Program-made: the position numbers and the translations under genes
In this document: piece by piece, positions 45,302-54,369 of the stretch
How the letters are laid out: each line of letters begins with the position of its first letter
Position numbering within the stretch: the first letter of the stretch is position 1
From: Clostridiaceae bacterium UBA6110
GTDB taxonomy: Bacteria > Bacillota > Clostridia > Clostridiales > Clostridiaceae
Reading direction: 5' to 3'
DNA length: 64,000 bases
NCBI GenBank assembly: GCA_002428415.1
Contig: DIWI01000011.1
Location: forward strand, 1,423-65,422
The notes under the pieces: generated by a model
Database searches by the model: none
The model's input: the letters and a program-made list of their open reading frames with translations, nothing else
Told to the model about the DNA's origin: nothing

Positions 45302-45377
45302 TGGAGATATGCACAGTACGAATTCATCTGATGGCAAATAATCCAAACAAACCTTTTTCAGTCATTTGCCTGGGTTG

Positions 45378-45406
45378 TTCACACAGCACTTGTTTAATGG
45401 TATAAT
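45378..45406 (+). promoter_or_regulatory. Promoter of the cobalamin riboswitch transcript
   Basis: TTCACA-17 nt-TATAAT (45401-06), with an extended -10 TG at 45398-99. Confidence 0.6.
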
Positions 45407-45419
45407 CCTATTGGAAAAC

Positions 45420-45670
45420 TAAATATCACATATGGGTTTGCAGATAACTGCACTAAGAGGGAAACAGGATAAGCCTGTGCGGTCCCGCCGCCGTATGGTA
45501 CTTGATCGCCGACATAGCCACTGGGAAACCGGGAAGGCTGGCGGTCTTAATGACCAAGCCGGAAGACCTGCCCGTATGAAATCAACTTATACTTCACGGA
45601 GAATGGGGTGTTGTCAATATGGCTGATTTTTCGCCATACCAGGCATCCATTGGGATGCCTTTTGATTTGT
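45420..45670 (+). ncRNA. Cobalamin (B12) riboswitch with terminator expression platform
   Basis: Conserved core elements AAGAGGGAAACAGG, GGTCCCGCCGCCGT and GCCACTGGGAAACCGGGAAGGC. The B12 box AGCCGGAAGACCTGCC is at ~45557-72. The terminator AGGCATCC-attg-GGATGCCT + TTTGATTT is at 45641-70. Confidence 0.85.
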
Positions 45671-45734
45671 GCAAAGCTTGCATGATCTTTTCTCCAGACC
45701 GTTGCACGAACTTTACGACCATAGGAGGAAAGAA

Positions 45735-46130
45735 ATGAAGAAGAAGCTTACTGCAATACTGTTGACCCTTGTGCTCGCATTCGGGGCGTTCTACCTGTAC
45801 AAGACATATCTGTCGCCTCAGGCCAATGAAGGCAGCAAGGAAGTTACAATCGAGATCGTCATCGAAAGGGAAAACATCAGCGAAAAGAAGACCTACAGGA
45901 CAGATTCAGCGTTCCTGTATGACCTGCTGAATGAAAAACAGGAGGAGCTTGGTTCAGGCTTCACGAAATTCGACTTCGGCGACATGCTCACTAAGCTTAA
46001 ATCCGTAGATGCCGGCGCTGACGAATACTACCACATATACGTCAATGGAGCTGATGCGGCTGTTGGTGTTAAGGAAATTCCAGTGACAGATAAGGAAACG
46101 TACAAGTTCGAGCTCAAGAAATGGAAGTAG
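45735..46130 (+). CDS. DUF4430 domain protein (membrane-anchored, cobalamin-binding-like)
   Basis: N-terminal anchor MKKKLTAILLTLVLAFGAFYL after a GGAGGAAAG RBS. The YHIYVNG...VGV pattern is typical of DUF4430, and the gene sits in a B12-riboswitch context. Confidence 0.7.
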   Translation: MKKKLTAILLTLVLAFGAFYLYKTYLSPQANEGSKEVTIEIVIERENISEKKTYRTDSAFLYDLLNEKQEELGSGFTKFDFGDMLTKLKSVDAGADEYYHIYVNGADAAVGVKEIPVTDKETYKFELKKWK

Positions 46131-46156
46131 AGGACCTTACAAAAGAGGCGAAAAAA

Positions 46157-46708
46157 ATGAACAGACTCCAGTATGACAAGAGGAAGCTAAGTGCAAAGGA
46201 CATAGTGCTCATAGGAATCCTTTCTGCGTCAATAACTGGCGGAAAGATGGTTCTCTCCGCAATACCCAATGTAGAGATTGTGACTCTTCTGTTCATGGTA
46301 TATACTGCGGTTTTCGGTATGCGGAGAGCACTCTTCGTATCAGTCATCTTCTCCACTACGGAAATACTCCTGTGGGGTGTACATACCTGGCTTCTGACCT
46401 ACTATATCATATGGCCTCTCCTGATACTCCTGACTGCTGCCCTTTCACGTTTCCTCAAGGGTGAGTTTTCAAGGGCAATTCTCGCAGGTGCTTTCGGACT
46501 GACATTCGGAATGTTCTTTGCACTTGTCGAAGCCATGCTTTATGGATTGAACTACGGGTTTGTCTACTATATCAGGGGTATCCCATTTGACATCATACAT
46601 GGGGCATCTAACTTCATAGTTGTCCTTATGCTATTCAAGCCCCTTGAGCGTATGCTTGGAAGGCTTGCAAAAAACTACACTGAAAATAGAAATGCCGCAG
46701 ATTCATGA
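46157..46708 (+). CDS. ECF transporter S component (putative cobalamin-specific, CbrT-like)
   Basis: About 6 TM segments and ~183 aa. The function is inferred from co-transcription with the B12 riboswitch and the DUF4430 gene. The start is ATG 46157. Confidence 0.65.
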   Translation: MNRLQYDKRKLSAKDIVLIGILSASITGGKMVLSAIPNVEIVTLLFMVYTAVFGMRRALFVSVIFSTTEILLWGVHTWLLTYYIIWPLLILLTAALSRFLKGEFSRAILAGAFGLTFGMFFALVEAMLYGLNYGFVYYIRGIPFDIIHGASNFIVVLMLFKPLERMLGRLAKNYTENRNAADS

Positions 46709-46719
46709 ATCTGCGGCAT
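46692..46719. terminator. Bidirectional hairpin in the convergent gap
   Basis: A perfect 14-bp palindrome, ATGCCGCAGATTCA|TGAATCTGCGGCAT, spans the S-component stop codon. Confidence 0.7.
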
Positions 46720-46728
46720 CTTGCTTTA

Positions 46729-47223
46729 TCAATATTCAGTTTTGGTTTCACCAAACTCGGGGCTTTCAACGTAGTCTCCCGGTCGGTTCACATGAAGGAC
46801 AATCTCCTCCACTATGGCCTTGTGGTCTTTTTCCTGATGCACCAGAGATTTGTAGACAAGCTTGGAATCCTCATCCTTTGCATTGTCATGCAAGGCCTGG
46901 TACACCTCTATGCTCCTCGTTTCGATCTCTATCGCTTCCCTGTAAAGGTCTGGCATTCCCGGGATTGATTCAAGGACCTTTCTTCCGGCAGAGAACTTCT
47001 TTATAAGCTCCTGTGCCTTTTCAAGGCTCGTGCCATCTTCAACCTTAAGTCCCGCCATGTCATTCTGATTCTCCAGTATCTTCTTGTGGGTCTCCTCATC
47101 ATCTGCAAGCATCCTGAACACTTCACCAAGACTGTTGCCCTTGTTCTTCTCAGCCTGCTCCGTATAATATCTGAATCCCTCATCCTCAAGTTTTAATGCA
47201 AGTTCCAAGCTATTCATATACAA
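46729..47223 (-). CDS. Ferritin-like/rubrerythrin family diiron protein (no rubredoxin domain)
   Basis: Four-helix-bundle ligand motifs: EDEGFRYY, DDEETHKKI, EIETRSIEVY and QEKDHKAIVEE (E...ExxH, twice). Confidence 0.7.
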   Translation of the reverse strand: MYMNSLELALKLEDEGFRYYTEQAEKNKGNSLGEVFRMLADDEETHKKILENQNDMAGLKVEDGTSLEKAQELIKKFSAGRKVLESIPGMPDLYREAIEIETRSIEVYQALHDNAKDEDSKLVYKSLVHQEKDHKAIVEEIVLHVNRPGDYVESPEFGETKTEY

Positions 47224-47397
47224 GCCCCCATTCTTTTCAAAATTCTATTTTAATTCTAACACATATAGTTATCCAACAATTTGCGCAATTACAACTATTC
47301 TGTTAACTATCCGTGACCAAATCACTATCTGGATGAAGGTTGTCATCAGAATTATTCTGTGCAATAATAATGTCATTGGTTTTTTGGAGGTAGGAGA

Positions 47398-47970
47398 ATG
47401 GAGCTTTGGGAAATAATGTTCCTTGCTGCGGGTGTCTCGATGGATGCATTCGCTGCAGCAATTTGCAAGGGAATGTCGGCAAGGGATGCGGAAAATAAAC
47501 ATTCTCTTCTTACAGGTATCTTCTTTGGCGGATTCCAGGCTTTTATGCCACTTGCAGGATATTTTCTCGGTAAAAGCTTCAGCGGCTATATTACCACATT
47601 CGACCACTGGATATCGTTCGCTCTTCTCTTCATTATCGGAGCAAAGATGATAAGGGAATCCAGGGACAGTAAGGATGAGGAGTCTCACTGCGACGAGGTG
47701 TTCAGCCTGAAGAGCCTGACGATCCTCGCAATTGCAACCAGCATAGATGCGTTGGCCGTCGGAGTAACCTTTGCCTTCCTTGATGTATCGATAATTCCTT
47801 CAGTAACAATTATTGGTGTCACCACATTCCTGTTTTCCTATTTTGGAGTAAGGATAGGAACAGCTTTAGGTTCAAGGATGCAGACGCTTGCTGAGCTCTT
47901 TGGCGGAGCGATACTTATATTCATAGGACTCAGGATTCTCCTTACCCACCTTAATATAGTGAGCTTCTAG
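47398..47970 (+). CDS. mntP: Manganese efflux pump MntP
   Basis: Duplicated DUF204 motifs GVSMDAFAAAICKG and ATSIDALAVGVTF; 190 aa with 6 TM segments. Confidence 0.85.
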   Translation: MELWEIMFLAAGVSMDAFAAAICKGMSARDAENKHSLLTGIFFGGFQAFMPLAGYFLGKSFSGYITTFDHWISFALLFIIGAKMIRESRDSKDEESHCDEVFSLKSLTILAIATSIDALAVGVTFAFLDVSIIPSVTIIGVTTFLFSYFGVRIGTALGSRMQTLAELFGGAILIFIGLRILLTHLNIVSF

Positions 47971-47999
47971 AGATCATCAGCGAAAATAATGAGAAAAAA

Positions 48000-48035
48000 G
48001 GACATCCTGCGATAATGAAAAATCGCAGGATGTTC
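48000..48035. terminator. Bidirectional terminator between mntP and the FAH-family gene
   Basis: A 13-bp stem, GGACATCCTGCGA...TCGCAGGATGTTC, flanked by an A-run and a T-run. Confidence 0.8.
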
Positions 48036-48038
48036 TTC

Positions 48039-48908
48039 TTATTCCATCTCGTTCTCTATATATCCGATACCGTCAACCTCTACCCTTACGACATCGCCTT
48101 TCTTAAGCGGCTTTGGTGGCTCGAAGCCTGCTCCCACTCCGCTTGGTGTGCCCGTTGCTATTATGTCTCCCGGTTCAAGTGTCAACCCCTGAGTCAGCAC
48201 ATTGATGAGCCTTGGTATTGAATTGATCATTATGCTTGTGTTCCCGTTCTGCCTTGGCTCTCCATTGACAAACGACCTTACTCCAAGGTTTCCGGCAAGC
48301 CCAAGCTCATCCTTTGTGACGATCCATGGTCCCATAGGACAATAGCCGTCAAGGCTCTTGCCTCTGAACCACTGTGTTCCATTCTTCTGGACATCTCTGG
48401 CAGTCACATCATTCAGGCATGTATATCCGAATATCACGTCCAGTGCATCCTCTTCTGATACATTTACGCATCTCTTGCCGATGATCAGGGCGAGTTCTGC
48501 CTCATAGTCCACAAAATCCGTGACACCTTCATGCATTGGTACCTTGCTGTATGGCCCGTTCGCTGAATTGGTGGCCTTCGTGAAGAACACGGGATGCTCC
48601 ATAACTCTTTTTAATGAATCGTCATCCAGGTTCTTAATTTCCTGGACATGGTCCTCATAGTTCTTGCCTATACAGATTATATTCCTCTGAGGTTTTGTTA
48701 TCGGTGACAGAAGCTCAACTGAATCTATCTGAACCGACCCCTCCATATCAAGTATATTATCATCGATGGTTCCGTTTTCCTGGATGAATGAAAGAAGAGT
48801 CTCAGGACCTTCCACGAATATCCTTCCTGACGGTATTATCGATTTCCCTGTCCTGTCAACTACTCCCCAGAATTCCCTGCCGTTCTCCCTGTAACTTACA
48901 ATTCTCAT
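48039..48908 (-). CDS. Fumarylacetoacetate hydrolase (FAH) family protein
   Basis: The C-terminal FAH domain has VDYEAELALIIGK, ND.TARD and PGDIIATGTPSGVG motifs. Confidence 0.85.
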   Translation of the reverse strand: MRIVSYRENGREFWGVVDRTGKSIIPSGRIFVEGPETLLSFIQENGTIDDNILDMEGSVQIDSVELLSPITKPQRNIICIGKNYEDHVQEIKNLDDDSLKRVMEHPVFFTKATNSANGPYSKVPMHEGVTDFVDYEAELALIIGKRCVNVSEEDALDVIFGYTCLNDVTARDVQKNGTQWFRGKSLDGYCPMGPWIVTKDELGLAGNLGVRSFVNGEPRQNGNTSIMINSIPRLINVLTQGLTLEPGDIIATGTPSGVGAGFEPPKPLKKGDVVRVEVDGIGYIENEME

Positions 48909-48943
48909 AAAGCTCCTCCATTATATTTTATTGTTATAATAAC

Positions 48944-49759
48944 CTAAAATTTCCTGCCTCCGCCACCGTGTGTCCTGCCGCTTCCTGACCTGTGGGTCGT
49001 GCTCCTGCCCATGGAGCCTCCCCCGGAACTCCTTACGGGAGCTACCGGGATTATCCTTGAAGTAGTATACTCGTTTATCAGATTGTCTGAAGCTATTCCC
49101 AGCTCAACCAGGCTGCTGTCCCTGAAATTGAATGCAAGCGGTGCAGGATGACCCTTGTACCTTTTCCTCGTCGAGGCAAAGTAACCAAGTCCGGAAGCTC
49201 CTGATGCAGCAGCCCCCATCAAGCCGTCAAAGAGCGAGATGCTGTTAGTTCCTTCATCCTCATTGTACTGGCCTTCCGGAATTCCCTGTGAAAGGAACGT
49301 AGAGGTTGAAGCTATGAAAGCCTCAGCACCTTCGAAGTATCTTCCGTCAGCAAACCCAGCATCGAAAATATCATCAAGTATCGAGTCTATCCTTGCATCA
49401 GTCAGGTACCTGATACCCTTGCCTGAGGTTGAAATATATACTTCCCGGTTGTCAAAGTCCATGAGAAGGAGTATACCGTCCCTGTCAGCTCCAATTCCGT
49501 AGCCGTTGTAGTCAAAATAATCGTCGGCATAATCCCTGGAACTCTTACCATCTGCATCATTTGTCGTCACAAGAACTATGTCCATGGAATACTGGTTTGA
49601 CAGTCCTGTCAAGGCATTCTCAAGGTCAGATTTCTCCGAAGATGAAAATATTGCTGCCGAGTCAACTATAAGCAGCTTTTCTGCCTTTGCTTCAAGGGAT
49701 GTCCATGACATGAAGAGAATGGCAGCTGCAAATGCCGCAAGTATCATCCTCCTTACCAT
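48944..49759 (-). CDS. TPM domain protein (YdjH/YgcG-like)
   Basis: A signal/anchor, the TPM core (DIVLVTTNDADG...DGILLLMDFDNREVYISTSGKG), a TM segment and a Gly/Ser/Arg-rich tail. Confidence 0.75.
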   Translation of the reverse strand: MVRRMILAAFAAAILFMSWTSLEAKAEKLLIVDSAAIFSSSEKSDLENALTGLSNQYSMDIVLVTTNDADGKSSRDYADDYFDYNGYGIGADRDGILLLMDFDNREVYISTSGKGIRYLTDARIDSILDDIFDAGFADGRYFEGAEAFIASTSTFLSQGIPEGQYNEDEGTNSISLFDGLMGAAASGASGLGYFASTRKRYKGHPAPLAFNFRDSSLVELGIASDNLINEYTTSRIIPVAPVRSSGGGSMGRSTTHRSGSGRTHGGGGRKF

Positions 49760-50796
49760 ATCAGAGCACCTCCAATCAGCGCAAGTGCCAATATTCCAAG
49801 TCCGATTGCAGCCGATGAAAGACCCAGCTTCCTGTTGTCAACCGGAAGTTCTCCGTATGACTTGCCAGTCTGGCCGTTCACAGCGAATATGTAGGTCCTG
49901 CCTCCATAGAAATAAGTCAGAATCCATGCAGGAAGCAGCGTATAATCCCAGTCCTTGATTGAGACATCAAGTTCCTTCTGGTCCAGCTGAATACTCCCGA
50001 AGCCTGATATTGATTCCTGTACAAGGCTTTCCGCATATCGCTCGGCCCTATCCTGGACCGTCGGCTGAATCGCTTCCTTTTCAATGTCATATTTTTCCGC
50101 AAGAAATCCGCTGAGGTATGAAGGCTCGAATTCAACGGCTTTCTTATCATCGTACGGAGATATTGAGTCTAGCAGCCCCTTGTCTATCTTTTTCAGGGCA
50201 ACTTCCCTTATGTTCTGCACATCTACCTTTCCATGTCTTTCAATCCCGAATTCCTTTACCTCTGTATATTCTGTGTTGCCAGCCCGATATACTCTTCTGT
50301 TTATCCCTTTGCCAGAATAATCCACCCTTGCCTCAGCCTCAGCCGACCAGTATGGAATGTATACCCCTGAGATCTTTTCAAGCTGAGAGCTTGAGTAAAA
50401 CTCCCTTGGCACATATCTCCTCGACTTAGCCCATGAAAGGAAGGTCTCCTCTGCCTTCTCCCTGCTGTAGGCAAACGGAATCACCTTATCAGGCCTGAAG
50501 CTTCCTGAAAGCCTGTCTGACAGGATAACCGGATTATGGCAATAGTAACAGAAGGTGGCAGAGGTAGTCTCTTCAGTTACCACCTCTGCACCGCAGCTGT
50601 CGCAGGTATATCCCTTTAAATGTACATCCTCTTGCTTCGTCTCCCCGGCAGCTTTGCTTTCCATTGCCTCCGTGGTCTTCTCGACTTCAGCGCTTGTGAA
50701 CTCGCTGAGACAGAATTCGCACTTCAGCTTCTGGATAGCGGGTTCGAATTTCAATCCCCCGCCGCAATTGGGGCATTTGTATGTGGCTGTAGCCAT
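49753..50796 (-). CDS. Zinc-ribbon membrane-anchored protein (YdjG-like)
   Basis: An N-terminal CPNCGG...CEFC ribbon, a second CDSCGA...CYYCHN ribbon and a C-terminal TM (LGLSSAAIGLGILALALIGGALIW). Confidence 0.65.
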   Translation of the reverse strand: MATATYKCPNCGGGLKFEPAIQKLKCEFCLSEFTSAEVEKTTEAMESKAAGETKQEDVHLKGYTCDSCGAEVVTEETTSATFCYYCHNPVILSDRLSGSFRPDKVIPFAYSREKAEETFLSWAKSRRYVPREFYSSSQLEKISGVYIPYWSAEAEARVDYSGKGINRRVYRAGNTEYTEVKEFGIERHGKVDVQNIREVALKKIDKGLLDSISPYDDKKAVEFEPSYLSGFLAEKYDIEKEAIQPTVQDRAERYAESLVQESISGFGSIQLDQKELDVSIKDWDYTLLPAWILTYFYGGRTYIFAVNGQTGKSYGELPVDNRKLGLSSAAIGLGILALALIGGALIW

Positions 50797-50820
50797 TTTA
50801 TCACATCCAACCCTTAAGTC

Positions 50821-52056
50821 TTAATTCGAAGGTGTTCCACATTCTGGACAGAATCTGGGCTTTGCACCCTTGACCTCATGTCCGCAGTTTCCGCATTTCC
50901 AGCCTTCTATCTTTCTGGCTCCGCATTCTGTGCAGAATTTTCCTGTATTGACCGTACCGCAGTTTCCGCACTTCCAGTCTCCAGTTCCAGCACCCGCCTG
51001 CGTACCGGCACCGGCATTCTGAGCCTGCTGGTTCTGCTGGGCCTGCTGTTCCTTCATCCTCATCTGTTCGACATTTGATTGTGATGCAGTTCCCATGAAG
51101 CCTCCGCCTGCCTGCATTCCCATACCCATTCCCATGAAGGTGGCGGCACTTCCGGCTTCGTTGGATCCGGCTGCCTCAAGTCCTCTGGCTATGGAGCCCT
51201 GGACATAGCCTTCCCTCACGGAAGGGTCTCCTAGCATTGCTCCCTTGTTCCTCATGTTGATGAGTTCCTTCGACTCGTCGTCGTAGGAAATGGATGCGAT
51301 ACCTACAGCCTGGATAATGAATCCCCTCATGTCGTTCCAGCTCTTGTCAAGGACATCAGCCATATACTTCGACAGCTCGGTGCCCTTTGAAGCCACATGT
51401 GATATTCTGATGCCGTCAACTGACATCTTGTTCATTGCTGACTGCAGAGCCTCAAGGAATTCAGAGAGATACTGCTCATTGATATCGTCTATCTCTACCT
51501 TGTCAGCATTCCTTGGGACAGCCTCAGCATAGAACTTCAAGGGATCCGTTATCTTTATCGAGTAGTTTCCATGCGTCCTAAGGAAAAGCTCAGAGTTGTA
51601 GAAGTTGTCGAAGTAGTTGAGAGGGTTCTTTGTTCCGAACTTTATACCCTTGATTTCCTGAAGATTGATGTAGAATACCTTCTGGGCAGTCGGAGTCACT
51701 CCGCCGTACTTGACCCTGTTGAAGGTCTCCTTCAGGGCTTCACCGAATTTACCTGTAAACAGTGAAGGAAGTGAAGAATTATTTACTGTGTAGTAGCCTT
51801 CTTCGGCAGTAAAATCAACAACCTTTCCTCCATCCACCACCATCATGAACTGATTAGGGTAGACATGGATGACTGAACCGTTTGAAACGGTATTCTCAGT
51901 ACCCTTGACATTGCTGTTCCTCTTGTCATCACGTCTTACTTTTCTGCCGGATGTAAACACGGTGTTGTCGCCCATATCATCTGGTTCGACTACCTCAAGC
52001 CACTGATCCGCCAGCGATCCGCCGACTGCACTTGCTATTGCCTTTATTATTCCCAT
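50821..52056 (-). CDS. SPFH/Band-7-like protein with two C-terminal zinc ribbons (YdjI-like)
   Basis: MGIIKAIASAVGGSLADQWLE N-terminus, an SPFH-like core, a Q/G/M-rich linker, then WKCGNCG...FCTECG and WKCGNCG...FCPECG. Confidence 0.7.
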   Translation of the reverse strand: MGIIKAIASAVGGSLADQWLEVVEPDDMGDNTVFTSGRKVRRDDKRNSNVKGTENTVSNGSVIHVYPNQFMMVVDGGKVVDFTAEEGYYTVNNSSLPSLFTGKFGEALKETFNRVKYGGVTPTAQKVFYINLQEIKGIKFGTKNPLNYFDNFYNSELFLRTHGNYSIKITDPLKFYAEAVPRNADKVEIDDINEQYLSEFLEALQSAMNKMSVDGIRISHVASKGTELSKYMADVLDKSWNDMRGFIIQAVGIASISYDDESKELINMRNKGAMLGDPSVREGYVQGSIARGLEAAGSNEAGSAATFMGMGMGMQAGGGFMGTASQSNVEQMRMKEQQAQQNQQAQNAGAGTQAGAGTGDWKCGNCGTVNTGKFCTECGARKIEGWKCGNCGHEVKGAKPRFCPECGTPSN

Positions 52057-52189
52057 TTCAAACCTCCTTGAATCTGGTCTCTGCCTTGATTATACCACAG
52101 CTATTCTGCAAGCCGTTTTTTTAACCATATTTTTATCATTCGTTTACATTTTTCTCCGCAAAAGGATAAATCATGTATTTCAGTCATAC

Positions 52190-52226
52190 AAAAGAAAAAA
52201 CTGCAGGCTTCATTGAAGCTCTGCAG
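52190..52226 (-). terminator. Aconitase gene terminator
   Basis: CTGCAGAGCTTC-aat-GAAGCCTGCAG on the minus strand, followed by UUUUUUCUUUU. Confidence 0.85.
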
Positions 52227-52236
52227 TAAGTATAGT

Positions 52237-54168
52237 CTATTTGTTCTTCAAGCTCATCAGGTTAAGAAGTCCGCCGGCTGCCATGATCTCTGCCTCTCTT
52301 TCTGAAAGAGCCACGGATACATCAAAGCTTGTGCCCTTGGTCACATTCAGGACAGTAAGCGTTCCTGTAGAAATGTTCTCAAGAAGGCTCCTGATTTCAA
52401 GTACATCATTCTTGTCCACGCTGTCGTAGTCCTTCTCATCCTTGAAGGTTACTGGAAGTATGCCGTTGTTGATAAGATTCGCCTTGTGGATCCTCGCGAA
52501 GGACTTTGCTATTACTCCCTTTATGCCGAGGTACAGAGGCGCAAGCGCCGCATGCTCCCTGCTTGAACCCTGTCCGTAGTTCTTTCCTGCAACTATGAAG
52601 CCGCCGCCATTTTCCTTGGCGTTCCTCGGAAAATCCTTGTCCAGAGGAGTCAGGCAGAATTCCGAAAGATACGGGACATTTGACCTGTATGGAAGAAGGC
52701 TTGCGTTGGACGGCATGATGTGGTCTGTTGTAACATCATCCATCACCTTGATAAGGGCTTTTCCTGAGACCTCGTCCTTCATTTTGGTGTTCTTCGGGAA
52801 AGGCTTTATGTTAGGTCCTCTCTTGACTTCAACTGCACTGCCGTCCTCTGCAGGCCTCACGACCATGTTGTCGTTGACCAGGAACAGCTTTGGCATCTCT
52901 ATGTCAAGGTCCACGTTCATGTCGAAATCTTCAGGTCCTGCAATGAATCCGGCAACAGCGGAATAAGCTGCAACCTCGGGGCTCGCAAGGTAGACGTCCG
53001 CTGAATCAGTTCCGCATCTGCCCTTGAAGTTCCTGTTGAATGTCCTAAGTGACACTCCGTCATTGCTTGGAGCCTGGCCCATGCCTATGCACGGACCGCA
53101 GCCGGACTCCAGTATCCTGGCACCAGCACCTATTATCTTCGCAAGGGCACCATTCTGTGCAAGCATGCTGAGCACCTGCTTGGATCCGGGTGAAACGACA
53201 AGTGAGACATCCTCATGCACAGTCTTTCCGTCAAGGATGCTTGCCACCTTCATAAGGTCGACATATGAGGAGTTTGTGCAGCTCCCTATTGCTACCTGGG
53301 TTAGCTTCTTTCCTCTTACTGTGCTGACAGGCACTACTGCATCAGGTGAATGGGGAAGCGCTATGTTCGGCTCCAGAGTGTCAAGGTCGATGACAAGCTT
53401 TTCCGAATATACGGCATCTTCATCCGCCTTCAGTTCCCTGTAGTCCTTCTCCCTGCCCTGTGCCTTGAGGAATTCAAGAGTCCTTTCATCTGAAGGAAAT
53501 ATTGATGTAGTTGCCCCGAGTTCAGCACCCATATTGGTGATCGTGCCTCTTTCAGGCACTGAAAGGTGGGCTACTCCGTCACCTGTATACTCGAATATCT
53601 TGTTGACTCCGCCCTTTACAGTGAAGTGCTTCAGCACCTCAAGGATAATATCCTTGGCCGCGGTAAAGCTCTTGAGCTTGCCCTTCAGCTCCACGTTAAC
53701 AATCTTCGGCATCGGTATGTTGTATTCTCCGCCTGCCATGGCGACAGCCACGTCAAGTCCGCCTGCTCCGATTGCAAGCATTCCCATGCCTCCGCCAGTC
53801 GGAGTATGGCTGTCTGAGCCCAGAAGCGTATCTCCCGGTACGGAAAATCTTTCAAGATGGACCTGATGACAGATTCCGTTTCCAGGCTTTGAGAAATATA
53901 TGCCATGCTTCTTGGCCACGGTCTGTATGTACAGATGGTCATCCGCATTTTCAGGTCCGGACTGCAGCATGTTGTGGTCGATGTAGGCTACTGACCTCTT
54001 GGTCCTGACCTTGTCCACTCCCATTGCTTCAAACTGAAGATATGCCATAGTTCCTGTGGAATCCTGCGTAAGTGTCTGGTCTATCCTTATGCCCACCTCT
54101 GATCCGGCCTTCATTTCACCGGTTACAAGATGCTCTTTGATTATTTTTTCAGCCAGTGTAAGTCCCAT
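52237..54168 (-). CDS. acn: Aconitate hydratase
   Basis: Fe-S ligand motifs IGSCTNSS and GCGPCIGMGQ plus a C-terminal swivel domain. The start is ATG 54168, after AAGGAGGAAC; the track start at 54264 is unlikely. Confidence 0.9.
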   Translation of the reverse strand: MGLTLAEKIIKEHLVTGEMKAGSEVGIRIDQTLTQDSTGTMAYLQFEAMGVDKVRTKRSVAYIDHNMLQSGPENADDHLYIQTVAKKHGIYFSKPGNGICHQVHLERFSVPGDTLLGSDSHTPTGGGMGMLAIGAGGLDVAVAMAGGEYNIPMPKIVNVELKGKLKSFTAAKDIILEVLKHFTVKGGVNKIFEYTGDGVAHLSVPERGTITNMGAELGATTSIFPSDERTLEFLKAQGREKDYRELKADEDAVYSEKLVIDLDTLEPNIALPHSPDAVVPVSTVRGKKLTQVAIGSCTNSSYVDLMKVASILDGKTVHEDVSLVVSPGSKQVLSMLAQNGALAKIIGAGARILESGCGPCIGMGQAPSNDGVSLRTFNRNFKGRCGTDSADVYLASPEVAAYSAVAGFIAGPEDFDMNVDLDIEMPKLFLVNDNMVVRPAEDGSAVEVKRGPNIKPFPKNTKMKDEVSGKALIKVMDDVTTDHIMPSNASLLPYRSNVPYLSEFCLTPLDKDFPRNAKENGGGFIVAGKNYGQGSSREHAALAPLYLGIKGVIAKSFARIHKANLINNGILPVTFKDEKDYDSVDKNDVLEIRSLLENISTGTLTVLNVTKGTSFDVSVALSEREAEIMAAGGLLNLMSLKNK

Positions 54169-54369
54169 TTCGTTCCTCCTTAGTCTTCCAATGCCCGAAT
54201 AATATCCTTCCGGGCGATGATTAGTCAAATAATAACATGATAAAGACGGATGTTCAATATTCAATTGCAGGATTCGTTTCCGTTTATTTCATTTTTTATG
54301 GAAAAACAACCTAAATGAACAGCCAAATCATAGAAATTACAATTCAATACACGAACAATTGCATCAGGT

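Noticed and set aside
45432-45626. 64-aa Arg/Gly-rich ORF
   Set aside because: It lies entirely within the cobalamin riboswitch aptamer and has no RBS. Its composition simply reflects the GC-rich RNA structure.
47224-47397. Mn2+ (yybP-ykoY) riboswitch upstream of mntP
   Set aside because: mntP is a classic target, but the 174-bp upstream region is AT-rich. It lacks the conserved GGGGAGUAG / UUGACA-type core and any four-way-junction helices that I could trace.
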